Positions 26,091 to 38,639 of a stretch of 64,000 nucleotides of DNA are shown here, in pieces; position 1 is the first letter of the stretch, and every line of letters begins with the position of its first letter. Location: the NCBI GenBank assembly GCA_051294375.1, contig CM119271.1, positions 13,386,473-13,450,472 on the forward strand, given 5' to 3'. The stretch is from Paraspadella gotoi. Taxonomy: Eukaryota; Animalia; Chaetognatha. The notes under the pieces are model-generated. The model made no database searches, was not told the DNA's origin, and saw only the letters and a list, made by a program, of their open reading frames with translations. The translations under genes were made by a program, and so were the position numbers.

Positions 26091-27135
26091 CGGAATTCGT
26101 AATCAAATTTAAATTCGTCACGATTCGTTAAACGTCTCTCTCTCTCTCTCTATCTCCTGGGCTGATGAGTTCGATCGTGTCTTCTGCTCGTGGGCTCAGT
26201 CTCTCTCAAGGATCACAGTACAGTGAAATCAGCGGCGTCTTCATCTTCTCTCTCTCACTCTCTCTCTGCCCTCTCTTCCCTCTCTCATCTCTCTCTCTCT
26301 CTCTTTCTTCTCATTTGTTATTTGTCTTCTTTTCTGTTTGTTTCCTTCTTCGTCGGCCGCTGTTCGTTGATTGCTTTCACGATTCTTTGTTCGTCGATTG
26401 TTCTTTTTTGATTCGTCGCTGTTCTGTAATTGCCTTCACACACGCATCGTTGTTTGTGCACCGATTGAACTTTTAATTGGTTTTGTTAGTTTTAAAGTAA
26501 ACACTTTTATCGGCATTTTTCGTTTCTTACTTCTGAGCATAATTCGATGAGGGCTCTTTAGATTTGAACCCGCATTGACTTCTCGAAAATTTAAAAATTG
26601 ATTAATTCTCTGAAATCAAAGTAAATTGTAAATTTGTCATGAATCGATTAATAAGTAAATAGTAAATAGTAAACTCATTAACAGTCACCATGAAATTACT
26701 AATTTACAATTTCACCAACCTTCACGAGGAAACATTAGTCGATCTGAACTTAATAACAATATTTTATTTAGGTTACACAAAATTTAACCCCAAAAATTTA
26801 ATGACTGAAAAACTCGACTTCCTCCCGATTTCTATAATTGTTATTGTTTTAATTTAAAAAACATTAATAATGACTGACTTTTTTTCACAAAATTGTTAAA
26901 AAAAGTAGTATATATGTAAAAATATGAAATATAAAAACTACAGATTTTTTCCATAGGTTGTTTCCATAGTTTTGTCCGAATGTGAACGTTGTGAATAAAA
27001 AGCCGGTTGATGATCTCATTTTCACTTTTCACACATCAGCGGTTCCATTTTTTTTTGTCTCGTGTGAAAGAAAAAATGTTTCATCTTTAAAGGAACTGAC
27101 TCTTTTGTCTATTCTGAAAAGTACATCTAGTACAA

Positions 27136-27189
<54 letters not shown>

Positions 27190-27275
27190 TCGGTATTGAT
27201 TCTGTTTCTTTAATTTTCCGACTTCATCAGCGCAAAGCTCGAGGCAGTGGATCCAAGTCATCGTCGTCGTCGTCA

Positions 27276-27325
<50 letters not shown>

Positions 27326-28454
27326 GTCATTCCCATTTATTTCTTTCTTTCAGTCCCGAGGATCCATTTCCGTTTCATTCATCTTTTTTTCTTTATATCC
27401 ATTTTCTTTATTATTCATTTCCCTTTTTATCCATTTCTTCTTTTATTCATTTTCTTTATCCATTTTTCATTTTATCCATTTTCTTTATTTTCCATTTCCA
27501 ATTTTGTCTACTTTTTAATCCATTTCCTTTATTTTTCCTTTATCACTTTCCCCTTTTTTTCCATTTTCATTTTTTATCCATTTCCATTCTCATCTCATTT
27601 ATAATCATTGATCCCTTTTCACGGTAAGCCCACCGCGTATTGCGTTGTCCATTTTTGATTTCCATTTCATTTTATTTAGTCCATTTATCCATTTAACTTC
27701 ATCTTTAGTCTCTTGTTGTTTTATCGACTTTCCACTTTTTTTCATTTTTTCCCTCCATTTATCCATTTCTTTTGAAATTATTTTTTTCCTCCTCCCACTT
27801 TTTCTGTTCCATTTTAGCCTTTATTGCTCTCTCTCTCTCTCTCTCTTCTCTTCTCTATCTCGTCTTCTCTCTCTCTCTCTCTTATGACACAGAGATTTGC
27901 TTTTAGCGTCTTTGTGACATGCCTTTGCCAACGATTTCTGCCATCAGAAAATCGTCTTCATTGCCTTTTCCGCAGTTGGTGTCCTGGATTTTTATAAAAG
28001 ATTCTTCCTCAATGATAAACAAGAAGACGTTAAATATCAATTTATCTTATTGATTGAAGATAAATTAATACGTCTACTATTTTTTGCGAGCGTTCGTACC
28101 AGATATTAAATTATCCCCAACTGAAATAAAAACATTTTTAAATACATAAACATACAAACGTAAACATAACCATAAAAACATATAAACGTTTGAAGTTAGA
28201 ACATAACTTTCTTATTCATACTAAATCCAAATTCATAAATTGAAAAAAAACCTTTCGCTTTCCATCGACTGAATCTCTCGGGCGAATTTTTAGGGTTAGT
28301 TGCTTGCAAGCTTGGTTGATTGGTTGCTTGCTAGCTTGCTAGCTTGAATATGAAGTTGACCTCAAGATCTTTTCTTGCGACTTTCACTTCTGTCTATTTC
28401 GTCCCACATCCCTTCCGCCACGTATGGTTTTTTTTAAACAAGTTTTCCCATCTT

Positions 28455-29262
28455 TACGCCACTTCCGGTTTTGCCATGCCCCTTGCCACTACCGGCTTTG
28501 CCATGTCTTATGACACTTCCGGTTTGCCATCTCCTATGCCAATCTCGGTTTTCCACATCACCTTCCAATTTCAGGTTTTGCCATCACTTCTGCTACTTTC
28601 GCTTTGCTTTTCCTTAAGCAAGTTCGCTTCGTTATCTCTTCTTCCACTTCTCTTTATTATTTCTATTTCCAGTTTGCCATGACTTATCCTAATTCCGGTT
28701 TGGCCATCCCCTATGCCACTTCCGGTTTGCCATCTCCAATGCCATTTTTGGTTTTGGCATACATTTTGCTAATGCCACTTTACCATCACTTTCGCTACTT
28801 TCAGTGTGATTTTCCTTAAGCCATGTCTGCTTTGCTTTCACTTCTGCCATCTCCAATACCATTTTCGGTTTTGCCATACTCTATGCCACTTTCACTTTTA
28901 CTAATGCCACTTTCAGTTTGCCATTCCCTCTTCTACTTCCGGTTTGCAATGTCTTATGCCACTTTTGGTTTGCCATGTCTTATCCTACCTCCGGATTGCC
29001 ATGCTTTATTCCACTTCCGGGTTGCCATGCCATATCCTACTTCCGGTTAGCCATGCTTTATGCCACTTCCGGTTTTACCATCTCCTATTCTATTTCCAGT
29101 TTACCATGCCTTATGCCACTTCCGGTTTGCATTTCCTTATGCCACTTCCGGTTTTACCATCTCCTATTCCATTTCCAGTTTACCATGCCTTATGCCACTT
29201 CCGGTTTGCATTTCCTTATGCCACTTCCGGTTTGCATTTCCTTATGCCACTTCCGGTTTTGC
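28455..29262 (+). repeat. ~27-bp minisatellite with GCCACTTCCGGTTT core (partial mirror at 48640-48871)
   Basis: More than a dozen (C)ACTTCCGG cores, e.g. TATGCCACTTCCGGTTTGCATTTCCT in tandem at 29112-29260. Confidence 0.9.
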
Positions 29263-29346
29263 CGCTGTTTCTTCTTCCAGGCGGAAAAGAGCAAAAAAGT
29301 CTCCTCAGGTTTTTTCCCCTTCGATTCTGCAGCCAAATATTATTAC

Positions 29347-29419
<73 letters not shown>

Positions 29420-29523
29420 CTCTCTCTCTCTCTCTATCTCTCTCTCCCGCCGTGAGCGCATCGAGATACCATTCGTTTTCCTCCCAGAGTTCGCTCCCCT
29501 TTTCTCTTCTATATCGCATAGGC

Positions 29524-29563
<40 letters not shown>

Positions 29564-30141
29564 TTTACATGGTTGCATATGTACTGCTGAAGTGTATTAG
29601 AGTATTCAGTTCATTTGAAAACTGTCACATTTCTGAGCATTACAAATCAAAAATCAATCTCTTTCATTGCCCTGTTTTTCACTAAATCAATTAATCACTC
29701 ACTCATTCACTCACTCATTCACTCACTCCCTCACTCACTCACTCACTCACTCACTCACTCACTCACTCCCTTCTTTCTCCCCATCATCACATTTCCCTCG
29801 TTCTCACTTTCCTTCTCTCTAGCCTTTTCTTTTTCCTCTCTTTTCCCCTCTCTTTCTCCTCCCACCTTCCAACCTTACCTTTCTATTCTCTATTTTTCTT
29901 TTCTTTTTCACCTCTCTCTCCTTCTCCCCATTTTCTCTTTCTTTCTTTTCACTTTCTTTTTTCTTTTTCTTACTTTTTCTTCTTTTCTCCCTTTCTTTTT
30001 TTTTTCTCCTTTGCCTTCCTAACCTTTACCTATAACCTTTTCCTCTCTCCTCTCTCCCTCTTTTCCTTTCTCCTTTCCTTTGCCCTTCTAACCTTTTCCC
30101 TTTTTTTTTTCCTTCTTCCTTCTGTTTGTTCTTCGTTTCGG

Positions 30142-30172
<31 letters not shown>

Positions 30173-31149
30173 ACTTAACTCATTTCTCATCCTCATCTTT
30201 TTTTTTACTCTGAGAAATAGTTTCTTTCTTTCTCTCTTTCTTTTTTTTTTCTTTTGTTTCTCTGGGTTTTCTTTTTCTTTATTTTCTTTTTCTTTATTTT
30301 TCTTTTTCTGTCAGAATATTAAAGTATTATTACAAAATCTCGGTCTTACAAAATCACCTTTTTTATTTTCTCGGTCATTTTTTTTCCTTCAATATTTTTC
30401 TTTTCTCTTTCTCTCTCTNNNNNNNNNNCTCTCTTTCTCTCTCTTTCCCTATTTCTCTTATATAGTTCTTTTTTTTTCATTTATTCTCGCGCGGGTGTGT
30501 TTTCGGTATTATTTTTTATGTCGTTTTTTTTCCTTTTGGCGATATTCGCTAATAACAGTCTTATGGAGAAGGATCAGGGGGTCGTCGTCGTCGTCGTCGT
30601 TATCGTCGTCGTCGTCGTCGTCGTTATCGTCGTCGTCGTCGTCGTTATCGTCGTCGTCGTTATCGTCGTCGTCGTTATCGTCGTCGTCGTTCTCTTTTTT
30701 ATCTTTTCTATGTGTACACTTAGCTTTCAATGTATGATATTGTACCAATTTCATAAAATTCAGCTCCTTGTATTTTGATGCTAGTGCGGAGTACAATAAG
30801 TATTCCCCGATCTAATACTTAAGGGAGTGGTCTTTTCATACAATTGAAACATTCTTTGAAATATTTTCCACTTCATTGATAGGGAAGCCAGGTACTCTGG
30901 GAGTGAATAAACGGGACTGTTAGAGAGTCTTGATTGAAAGCTTGCAGGGACCTGCTATGTCATTATCTTGTAAGAGTGATGGAGGCCTTAAACCACCAAA
31001 GCCTGTCCAAAGTCAGGGGCAAGATAGCTTATTTATTAAATGAATGGATAATTTTTATATTGGTTGTACCAATTTCATATCTGTAATTTCAACTAAATCA
31101 GATTTGATAGTAAACGACATCTATGATTTTTCTTTTCTATGTTTTTTCC

Positions 31150-31670
31150 TCTTTTATATTTTTTTTCGTTTCTATTTCAACCTTTCTTTCCTTTCCTCTC
31201 TTTTCTATGTTCAAACCTTTCTTTCCTTTCCTCTCTTTTCTATTTCAACCTTTCTCTTTCCTGTTCTCTTTTCTATTCAACTTTCTTTCCTTTCCCTTCT
31301 TTTCTATTTCAAACCTTTCTTTCCTTTCCTTTTCTATTTTATTCAACACTTTCTTCCTTCCTCTCTTTTCTATTTAACTTTCTTTCCTTTCCTCTCTTTC
31401 TATTTCAAACCTTTCTCTTTCCCTCTCTTTCTACTTCAACTTTCTTCCTTTCCCTCTCTTTCTTATTCCCCTTTCTTTCCTTCCTCCTCTTTTCTATTCA
31501 ACCTTTCTTTTCCTTTCCTCTCTTTTCTATTTTCACAACCTTTCTTTCCTCTTCCTCTCTTTTCTATTTCAACTTTCTTTCCTTTCCTCTCTTTCTATTT
31601 CAAAACCTTTTTCCTTTCCTTCTCTTTTTTCTATTTCAAATGTTTTTTCACAACCTTTCTTTTCTTTCCC
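31150..31670 (+). repeat. ~30-bp pyrimidine minisatellite (TTCTATTTCAACCTTTCTTTCCTTTCCTCT); mirror at 46330-46800
   Basis: Direct reading. Confidence 0.85.
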
Positions 31671-32589
31671 TCTCTATTACAGCGCTCGCTCTCCTCGTAA
31701 CGCTTCGGCTTATATGCGGCCTAATCCGATCGAAAATCTCTCTTTTCTTATCTCTCTCTCTCTCTCTCCTCACATCTCTCTCGTTCCTCTCCATCTCTCT
31801 CTCCCTCTCTTCTCTCTCTCTCTNNNNNNNNNNNNNNNNNNNNNNNNNNNNNNNNNNNNNNNNNNNNNNNNNNNNNNNNNNNNNNNNNNNNNNNNNNNNN
31901 NNNNNNNNNNNNNNNNNNNNNNNNNNNNNNNNNNNNNNNNNNNNNNNNNNNNNNNNNNNNNNNNNNNNNNNNNNNNNNNNNNNNNNNNNNNNNNNNNNNN
32001 NNNNNNNNNNNNNNNNNNNNNNNNNNNNNNNNNNNNNNNNNNNNNNNNNNNNNNNNNNNNNNNNNNNNNNNNNNNNNNNNNNNNNNNNNNNNNNNNNNNN
32101 NNNNNNNNNNNNNNNNNNNNNNNNNNNNNNNNNNNNNNNNNNNNNNNNNNNNNNNNNNNNNNNNNNNNNNNNNNNNNNNNNNNNNNNNNNNNNNNNNNTC
32201 TTCCGTCGATCTTTGGCGCCGAAGGAGAGATTTGGAAGGCTAGGATTGATTTGTGGAAGGAAGAAGGGATTTATTCGAAGGGGAGAGAGATTTTGTGGTT
32301 TTTGTGGATTTGTGGATAAAGGAATCAGTGATAAAGTGGATAAAAAATGAAAAAATAAAGAGACAAACAAAAGAAACCGAAAAAGGAAAGATTTATTTTG
32401 GGATAGATTTAGAAATAGACGAGTGATTTATGATAATCGAAAGGGAGAGATTTGTGATTTAATCAACGTGAAGAGATTCTTGATATGGGAGCGATTCTCC
32501 GTGAAAGACCTAATATGTCACCGGAGAAAAGAATCACAAAAGGTCTCATTTATTAATCTGGTTAAGATAGAATTATCCTTCGGAAAAGA

Positions 32590-32772
32590 GAGTTGCTACC
32601 AAAGGACTTTTATTTGCCACAAAAGAAATGAGAGTTGCTACAAAACGAATTTCATTTGCTACAAAAGAAATGAGATTTGCTACAAAAGGACTTTCATTTG
32701 CTACAAAAGAAATGAGAGTTGCTACAAAAGAAATGAGAATTGCTACAAAAGGACTTTTATTTGCCACAAAAA
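32590..32772 (+). repeat. 21-bp tandem repeat (GCTACAAAAGAAATGAGAGTT / GCTACAAAAGGACTTTCATTT); mirror at 45160-45355
   Basis: Direct reading. Confidence 0.88.
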
Positions 32773-32972
32773 GGAACGCGATGGCGGCAAAAGTAATCCA
32801 TTTCGATCGGGCGGGATTCTTTCCCTTTTTTTTTTGTCGGGTCTGTTGGATTCGAGATTCCATTTTCGTGGCTCGAAGAAACTCCTTCCGATTCGATTCC
32901 ATTTTAAAATGATGACCTTTTTGAAAAGAAAATGTCTCCGTCTGAGAAGTGAAAAAAGTTTTATCGGCACTA

Positions 32973-33281
32973 TTTTACGAAAGCGACTTATTACCTTTTT
33001 TTCAGCCCCTAAACTTTATTTTAATCTTAATATTTAATAGTGATCTCTTACTAAATAGGTTCCAGCGGGATTATTATATTATGATATTATATTATTATAT
33101 TATTATAATTCTTAACTCTAATTACTAAACTTATATCCTCTTTGTAAACCCCGTAACCTTAATGCTTAAACCAAATCTCAAACCCTAATTCTCTAACTTA
33201 ATCCCTAAACCTTTAACATAATATTTAAACCTAAAACTTACCTAATTTTGAATTAAATCGGAAATGAGCTTCTTTTGAAAA
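32973..33281. mobile_element. Putative member of the IR plus telomere-like MITE family (mirror at ~44676-44965)
   Basis: TTTTACGAAAGCGACTTA ... AAATGAGCTTCTTTTGAAAA flanking a degenerate TAACCC/TAAACC array at 33110-33245. Confidence 0.4.
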
Positions 33282-35637
33282 ATATGGCTTCAAACATTCG
33301 GGAGTCGGTTTTATTTTTTGCCGATTTATTCTTCATTTTTATCTCTTCTTCTTTCGTTTAAATCGGATGGAATCAGCAGCTCAGGTTTTCATCGATGATC
33401 AAATTGGTTCCGTTGGTCGTCGATGCCATCCGACAATCACCGACTCGCATCCATAAACTCAAACTCACGACGAACTCACCTCAAAAGAACTTACCCACTC
33501 GGTCCGGTTAACCACGCTAAGTTATCGTCACTGTACCCGACTCTATCCCCTCTACCTTAGATAATTTGGGGCAGTCTCTCTCTCTCTCTNNNNNNNNNNN
33601 NNNNNNNNNNNNNNNNNNNNNNNNNNNNNNNNNNNNNNNNNNNNNNNNNNNNNNNNNNNNNNNNNNNNNNNNNNNNNNNNNNNNNNNNNNNNNNNNNNNN
33701 NNNNNNNNNNNNNNNNNNNNNNNNNNNNNNNNNNNNNNNNNNNNNNNNNNNNNNNNNNNNNNNNNNNNNNNNNNNNNNNNNNNTCCCTCTCCTCATTTTC
33801 GAATGTGACGCGCGAACTTCATTATCATATCGCGGCTCGAATTTCGGGCGGAGGTTGGATCGGATGATTGGTTGATTGGCTGATTGGTTAATAGAATGGT
33901 TGGATGATTGGCTGATAAGATGATTGGTTCATTGATTGATTTGATTGTGGGATAATTTAAAGACAGATTGGTTAATGGAATCATTGGATGATAGGCTGAT
34001 TTTATTATTGATTGATTCATTGATAGAATTATAGGATAATTGAATGATTGGTTTATTGGTCAATGGAATCATAATTCAGATGATAGACTGATTTGATGAT
34101 TGCCTTATACTTTGATTGGTGGATTGTTTATCTGGATATTTGGATGATTGACTCATTAAATGACTGTTGATTAGTTTATTTGGTTGATCGAATTAATGGA
34201 TGTAATTAGTTGATTAGTCGGAAGCTTTTATTGATTGGATAATAGGATTTTTAATAAAAAGTGAGAATAAATTGGAATATTTAACTTACGGTATAAACTA
34301 TTGTTTTCTCTCAATTCAATAGGTTGTTAGATTGAAGCTACATAATGATGACCGGACAATCACTGATTGGTAAATTGATTGGAGATTTAGTTAATCAAGT
34401 CGAATGATTGATCGAGACGAGAGAGANNNNNNNNNNNNNNNNNNNNNNNNNNNNNNNNNNNNNNNNNNNNNNNNNNNNNNNNNNNNNNNNNNNNNNNNNN
34501 NNNNNNNNNNNNNNNNNNNNNNNNNNNNNNNNNNNNNNNNNNNNNNNNNNNNNNNNNNNNNNNNNNNNNNNNNNNNNNNNNNNNNNNNNNNNNNNNNNNN
34601 NNNNNNNNNNNNNNNNNNNNNNNNNNNNNNNNNNNNNNNNTCCTCCTCCTCCTCATCTTCCTCCTCCTCCTCTTCCTCCTCCTCCTCTTCCTCATCTTCT
34701 TGATCTGAATGCTAATCGAGAGAGAAAGAGAAAAGAAGAAAAAATCGTGGAAATTATTAAGTCTTAACGATTCATTGAAAATAAAAGTAAAAAAAAAGTG
34801 TTATGCATCACGAACGTTGATTCTATTATCCGTTTGAAATTATGGCTGAATTGGATATTTACCTATATTCCTTTACTTTCCTCCTTTCTTTTTCATTTCT
34901 CCCTTTCCTTTCCTCTATTCTTTTACATTTCTCTCTTTCCTTTCCTCCTTTCTTTTTCTTTTCTCCCTTTCCTTTCCTCTTTTCTTTTTCATTTCTCCCT
35001 CTCCTTTCCTCCTTTCTTTTTTGTTTCTCCCTCTCTTTTCCTCCTTTCTTTTTCGTTTCTCCCTCTCCTTTCCTCCTTTCGTTTTCATTTCTCTCTTTCC
35101 TTTCATCTTTTCTTTTTCATTTCTCACTTTCTTTTTCTCTTCTCTTTTTCTGTTCTCCCTTTCCTTCCTCCTTTCTTTTTCATTTCTCCCCTTCCTTTCC
35201 TCTTTTTTTTTCTTTTCACTCTTTCCTTTCCTCTTTTCTTTTTCAATTCTCGCTCTCCTTTCCTCCTTTCTTTCATTTCTCCCTTTCCTATTTTTTTTTA
35301 CATTTCTCCCTTTCTTTTCCTCTTTTCTTTTACATTTCTCACTTTCCTTTCCTCTTTTCCTTTTCATTTCTCCCTTTCCTTTCCTCTCTTCTCTTCACTT
35401 TCCCCTCCTTTCTTTTTTTTCACCTTCTTTTCCTCACATTCACTTTTCTCACCTTTCCTTTTCTCTTTTCTCTCTCCTTCCAATTCTTATGCACTGAACT
35501 TTTCTGCTTCCATCTCGACTGAACTCGTGTATCGTTTTTTCCTTCTTTAATTTTCTTCATCCTGAACCCTTCTGCTTTTCGTCACCATCATATTACTCTC
35601 TCTCTCTCTCTCTAGCGAGAGAGAGAGAGAAGGAGGA

Positions 35638-35669
<32 letters not shown>

Positions 35670-35729
35670 GAAGAGAGAGAGACGAGAGATAAGAGAGAGA
35701 GAGTGAAGAGAGAGAGAGAAAGAGATGAG

Positions 35730-35779
<50 letters not shown>

Positions 35780-35783
<4 letters not shown>

Positions 35784-35996
35784 AGAGAAAAACATTTCGC
35801 GTAGAGGACAGAACAAATGATGTTGAAAAACGCGAAAAGGGGAAACGTGCGTAAGAGAGAGAGAGTAGAGATTAGAGAGAGAGAGAACGGAGAAAAACTA
35901 GAAGGCTTCATATTTGGACATAGCCTGAAATATCTTGGGGACGGCGTTGCTGAAAAATGGAGATGCAAAAAGGAGATAACTGTTCAGAACGAAAAG
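35780..35996 (+). repeat. Dispersed ~215-bp repeat embedded in (AG)n; second copy at 62206-62425
   Basis: TTTCGCGTAGAGGACAGAACAAATG...AAAACTAGAAGGCTTCATATTTGGACATAGCCTGAAAT...AAAAATGGAGATGCAAAAAGGAGA in both places, same strand. Confidence 0.92.
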
Positions 35997-36032
35997 AGAG
36001 AGAAGGAGAGAGAGAGAGGAGAGAGAGAGAGA

Positions 36033-36071
<39 letters not shown>

Positions 36072-36289
36072 ATATGATGGTGACGAAAGCAGAAGGGTTC
36101 AGAAACAAAAAAGAAACAAAGGGGAAAAAAAATAAGAGGAAGGTTATTACGAGACGCGGCCTGCAGTGCTCATCTGCTAAAAACCCGCCTCAATGGGAGG
36201 AAGCAGTTACACGTTCGCTCGCATCGGTCAACTCAAAAATCAATCGCCCTTACTTCCAAAGGCGGCGCCCTGACTCATCCCGCCGTCTA

Positions 36290-38400
36290 CGAGATGGTAT
36301 TGGGCGAGTTCCTCCAAACTACCCTTTCGCCTTCGGCCGCTTTCCTCCGCGAATGGCGCCGATCTCTATCACACATTCCACGATCGTCAACGCTATCTGG
36401 GATCGAATGGAGACGAATTGTCACGACGTCTTGCTCCGAAACATGTCTTCGCTCTCCTCTACAGCGAAAGAAAATCGTTTCGACAAAAGCCTTGGAGATG
36501 TACCTCCGTTTGAGAAACGAACAAGTCTCGGTGCTCATCAAGAAGCACAACCTCTTCCATTCCATCGTCGACAAAGTCGTGGAATCTTCGAGTTGGATAA
36601 AGACAAAACTCTCAAGTTGCACCTCGATCGTTTGGTCAACTTCCGCTGGAACAAATGATCGTGTCTCACTTGCGTCGTAGACGGGATTTGTATTTCTATT
36701 TTTGGATAAATTGAATAAAAGATCCGTTGAATCAATCGAAGCTTTTGAGGACTGAGCATTACGACCGAATCTCGTGATGCTCTCGCCGAATTGATCAGTC
36801 TGCGTCTTGCTTCAATACCTCAAGAGCACGACGTCTAATGATTTGACCAAATCCGCGTGAACGCTGCTACGAATTGGATCTCGTCGTCGAACCATTTATC
36901 TCTAACGACGCATGGGGAACCTCAAGCACGCCCTGCGCTCTCATCATGGAAACTCTTTGAAGGATGTGAGATGGCGATCGAGTTTTGCAAAGAGCACGAT
37001 TGACCCGGATCTGTGGGAAGAACCTCGTCGAGCACAGCATAGCCAAACCCAAGTTGCGTCGTCGCTCCTTCAGACACGGGGACCACGTGGACCCCATTCA
37101 ATCCTCATGTAACGGATCAAAGAGGGAATGGAGATCGAGGGATTGCAAGAAGTCGCTCGTAGATTCTCCACGGATCTACAATCGCAGATTGTTGCTCGAA
37201 AAGGATGTCAGAAGATCCTCGTCAACGATTCTTCAATCTTTTCCACGTCACTCAAAAATGTCAGAGAAAGGGGCATTTCCGTTTCGACTTCAAATGTTGC
37301 CAATTTGTCACTCTCATTGATCGGGCCGCTCCCCTCCAGAACAGGTCGTACCTCAAGCGACCGCTGGAGGCCCAGCTCGGCGCCCGCTGCCCAGGCTGGC
37401 GGGCGGCCGCGGCGGCACCGCTCTGACTCAGACGGATTTGGTCGTGTTCAACTGCGGCCATTCTTTCATGTGGGATGTCCTGGATGTCATCCAAATCTTG
37501 CTTAATTTGCAGCAACCTAGAAGCGCCTTGTTTGAATGACAAATTGGTGAATTTTAATATTTAAGATTTTCAAATGTAGATATTTCTTAAATTATTTAAA
37601 TAATTTAGGTTTGGATGGTGAAGCTAATTCTGGATATGGTCCGCCTCGCCACGAAATGCCCTTTTTGTTCGCGGCTAGTCATAGATCGCGCGTTTACAGA
37701 GTACGAAAAACGAACAAAATAACATGAAAGATGCAAAAAAGAAAAACCAGGGCATGCGTCAACGTGATCCGGCCCCAGACACTGGGAGCCCGGCATCCAC
37801 CGAAGCCGCTTCCTCCCTCATCTCGGGTGACGAGATCCCAGATTCTTTTTTCGCGCTCATCATTGGTGTTTCCTTACTGATTCGCTGTTTTTTCTAACTT
37901 TTTTTCCGATTTTCTCGTATCCTCTACGTTGAAACCCGCTCATTGGAATATCAGTAGAGGACGAACGTTCGGACCAAGAAGTCCTGACAGCCGAAAACGT
38001 CGGACAATCTCTAAACTAGAGAGGGACCGGAGATCCCTCGGGGGCTTGGAGAGGTCAAGAGACCCGAGCGGTGCTGCCCCCCCGCCGCCACTTGCCCCAC
38101 CGACGCCCGCATTCTCCCCTTTTTCCGTGGTTTCGGCAGCCCGATTCCGTGGTTTTTGGGGACTCGTCCCGTACCAACCGACAGTTCCGTTGCGCCGCCG
38201 AGCGGTGGGGCTTCGTCCGGACGCCCTTTCAGTGCATGCGTTCGGACCAAGGGGCGGCCGGTCTGTTCGTCCCCAGGCTGCCAGGACGACAGGGACCAGA
38301 GACTGGAAGCCGTCCCGTTACGACGATGTTTTTTCGTCGCTGAACAGCTTTAGGAAGGAAATTCGAAACGAATTTCGCCGGCAAGTTCAGCGGCGAATTC
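36290..38400 (+). mobile_element. Degenerate or error-rich CR1/L2-group non-LTR retrotransposon (RT and C-terminus)
   Basis: Ordered motif remnants across frameshifts: PISITHSTIV (~36358, cf. RPISLTS), KKHNLF, ILVNDSSIF..KNVRERGISVS (~37215-37285, cf. VRDLGV.VS), LRPFFHVGCPGCHPNL (~37452, cf. VRPxLEYxSPVWxP), RDWKP..DVFSSLNSFRKEI (~38298-38363, cf. RDWNxLP..SLNSFK). Confidence 0.6.
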
Positions 38401-38639
38401 GACGCTTTGGGGCGGTGAGTTTTTTTTCCAGCCAGATGGCGTTTGGGGGGTTTTTAGCCTTCGTTTTTTCAACGCCTCGCCTCCCTCTTTTTTGTTTCTT
38501 CTTTATTTCTTTCTTTCTTTTTTGAATTATCGATTTTTAGAAATTTTTAAGAATTTTTATTTCGTCTGTTTACGATCGAAATATTTTTGTTGAAATAACC
38601 GTTTCCCTACGCCATCTTGGCATGGGCAATTTCTGCGAG

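Larger units (their letters stand above)
29000..35482 (+). repeat. Left arm of a ~6.4-kb inverted repeat (right arm 42488-48871)
   Basis: Colinear reverse-complement matches, e.g. CATCACGAACGTTGATTCTATTATCCG (34806) versus 43169-43195 and CCACCAAAGCCTGTCCAAAGTCAGGG (30993) versus 46935-46960. Confidence 0.95.

Noticed and set aside
26162-26200. CTGATGAG as a hammerhead ribozyme core
   Set aside because: No GAAA after a stem II and no closing stems.
27890-28010. Possible isolated exon after TTTTAG (similar candidates near 26165 and 27220)
   Set aside because: No consistent reading frame, donor sites or recognisable protein.
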